From Patescibacteria group bacterium (GTDB taxonomy: Bacteria; Patescibacteriota; JABMPQ01; JAQVVF01): a stretch of 64,000 nt of DNA. A program made the translations under genes and the position numbers. The stretch's first letter is position 1. The number at the start of each line of letters is the position of its first letter. Under the pieces are notes generated by a model. That model did no database searches. It was given only the letters and a program-made list of their open reading frames with translations, and was not told the origin of the DNA. Where the stretch lies: assembly GCA_041662665.1 (NCBI GenBank), contig JBAZSC010000001.1, forward strand, positions 257,511 to 321,510. The letters run 5' to 3'. Below are positions 62,385 through 64,000 of the stretch, piece after piece.

Positions 62385-64000
62385 TTACTTCGTCATTGTC
62401 ACGTTTCCACTACCTACAACCATCTCAATCTGGCTCAAAACTTTCGGATCGTACAAGATTTTTGATTTTGCTTTAATCTTTTTAAAACTTCCATCATGAT
62501 AAGGAATATTTAAAAAAACATCAGTTGATCCTAAATTATTTAAAATAATCGGTTTTAAATCTTCAATAATTTTGGAATTTGCGTTTTTTGGAATATTTAT
62601 TTCGATTGATTTTGGAATTTCCTCTTTTGCAACTTCAATATCTTTATCAGAAATAATTTTTACTTTGTCAGCCAAAATTTTAACCTCGCCATCTCGATCA
62701 TTGACCTTGCCATCAATCAAAACAACTTTTTCTTCCTGCCAAATCAGAGGATATTTTTTTAAAACAGATGGAAAAACAACAATCTCGCAACTGCCAGTCA
62801 TATCTTCAATTTCCACAAACAGCATTGGATCATTTTTTTTCGTAAATATTTTTTTAGTCTTTGCAATTACACCTCCAACCTTAATTTTTTGTTCATTCAT
62901 GCTGATATTCAGTTGATTTATTGGAATAGCAACAGCATTCAAATAATCTTTATATTCATCAACTGGATGCTCTGAAACATAAAGCCCAAGTAATTCCTTT
63001 TCCCATGCCAATCTCATTTTTTTTGTTGCAGGTTCTGCTTGATCTAATTTTAAATTGATAGTTGAAACTTCATTTTTTTTATTACCAAATAAATCTGTTT
63101 GACCAGAATCTAATTCCTTTTGAACTGATTTAGAAAAAGTTAAAATCTTATCAATATTTTGCAGGACTTGATTTCTCTCAATTAAAGAATCTAAAGCGCC
63201 AGCTTTTGCCAATGCCTCAATTGATTTTTTATTCAAATCTTTGTGTCGCACTCTTCTAACAAATTCAGTAAAGTCTTTAAATTTTCCAGCTTTCTTTCTT
63301 TCTTTATAAATTGCTTCTGCAATAGTTGCGCCAACATTTTTTATAGCATTAAAAGCAAATCTAATACATTTTCCACGCTCTTTTACTACACCAAAATTTG
63401 GAAAACTTTCATTAACATCAGGAGGCAAAACTTCTATTCCCATTTCTTCGCATTCAGTAATCTCAATTGCAATTCTATCCATATTCTGCTGATCAGAAGT
63501 CAGCAATGAAGCCATGAATTCAACTGGATAATGAGATTTTAAATAAGCAGTTCGATAACCAATCAAAGCATAGCAAGCAGCATGAGATCTATTAAAACCA
63601 TAGCCAGCAAAAGGCTCGATAAAAGCAAAAACTTTTCTGGCAACTTCTTCTGCAATTCCATTCGCAACACAACCCTTGATAAATTTATCCTTTTGCTCTT
63701 CCAATAATTTTTTTATTTTCTTGCCAACAGCTTTTCTCAAAACATCAGCTTCGCCTAAAGTAAAGCCAGCCAAGTCTCTCGCAATTTGCATCAATTGTTC
63801 CTGATATACAGCAATACCAAAAGTTTTATTTAAGATCGGTTCAAGCTTTGGATGTACATATTCAACTTGCTTTCTGCCATGTTTGCCATCAATGTAAGAA
63901 GGAATCCATTCCATTGGACCTGGACGATATAAAGCAACCATAGCAATTAAATCTTCAAAATTAGTTGGTTTTAACAATTTTAAATATCTTCTCATGCCCG
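62385..64000 (-). CDS. dnaE: DNA polymerase III alpha subunit, C-terminal portion (gene continues beyond window end)
   Basis: LIAMVALYRPGPMEWIPSYI and FNRSHAACYALIGYRTAYLKSHYP are finger/beta-binding regions. The OB-fold tail is present. The reading frame is open to position 64000. Confidence 0.8.
   Translation of the reverse strand, partial: GMRRYLKLLKPTNFEDLIAMVALYRPGPMEWIPSYIDGKHGRKQVEYVHPKLEPILNKTFGIAVYQEQLMQIARDLAGFTLGEADVLRKAVGKKIKKLLEEQKDKFIKGCVANGIAEEVARKVFAFIEPFAGYGFNRSHAACYALIGYRTAYLKSHYPVEFMASLLTSDQQNMDRIAIEITECEEMGIEVLPPDVNESFPNFGVVKERGKCIRFAFNAIKNVGATIAEAIYKERKKAGKFKDFTEFVRRVRHKDLNKKSIEALAKAGALDSLIERNQVLQNIDKILTFSKSVQKELDSGQTDLFGNKKNEVSTINLKLDQAEPATKKMRLAWEKELLGLYVSEHPVDEYKDYLNAVAIPINQLNISMNEQKIKVGGVIAKTKKIFTKKNDPMLFVEIEDMTGSCEIVVFPSVLKKYPLIWQEEKVVLIDGKVNDRDGEVKILADKVKIISDKDIEVAKEEIPKSIEINIPKNANSKIIEDLKPIILNNLGSTDVFLNIPYHDGSFKKIKAKSKILYDPKVLSQIEMVVGSGNVTMTK

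Noticed and set aside
1-64000. CRISPR array, rRNA genes, reverse transcriptase / DGR, integrase or transposase
   Set aside because: I looked for regularly spaced direct repeats with unique spacers, for rRNA-like GC-rich long segments and for YxDD or integrase motifs in the ORF track. None were found. The many repeats here are palindromic REP/MITE-like, not CRISPR-like.

Overview
This 64 kb window is AT-rich, roughly 30% GC by eye, and gene-dense with mostly weak or absent Shine-Dalgarno sequences, so it looks like a small-genome, CPR/Patescibacteria-like bacterium (inference only). Recognisable core genes include a partial pilM and a type IV pilin, pyk, ppsA, pheS and pheT, gyrB, secE-nusG-rplK-rplA, tmk, gatB, miaA and miaB, folC-like, thrS, and a partial dnaE. 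Five tRNAs were folded by hand: two paralogous tRNA-Ser units on the + strand and an Asp/Met/initiator-fMet cluster on the - strand. No rRNA, CRISPR array or reverse transcriptase was seen.

A scattered class of accessory genes stands apart from this background by elevated GC (about 40-48%) and strong GGAGG ribosome-binding sites. The class includes an M20 peptidase next to the tRNA cluster, a DHH-like 540-aa protein, a PRTase-like protein with a GC-rich leader, a Cys-rich secreted peptide, and several small membrane proteins.

The most interesting loci are listed below.
- Two arrays of tandem LRR-like paralogs carry recombination scars. One array abuts an intein-containing UvrD-type helicase-nuclease. 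The other abuts a MoxR-type AAA+ ATPase plus a vWA/HExxH protein.
- At least five families of short palindromic repeats occur. Several copies are inserted in-frame inside essential coding sequences (helicase, miaB).
- A roughly 60% GC, 260-bp island with an SD-preceded 61-codon ORF sits next to a tRNA-Ser.
- A 0.55-kb cassette flanked by 31-bp direct repeats lies at the 3' end of miaB.
- An unusually long ThyX-like protein with a mutated RHR motif sits in a yfbR-thyX-tmk nucleotide cluster.
- Lipid-synthesis genes are interleaved in the secE-nusG-rplK-rplA ribosomal cluster.

All calls come from reading the six-frame translations and the sequence itself. No database search was possible.
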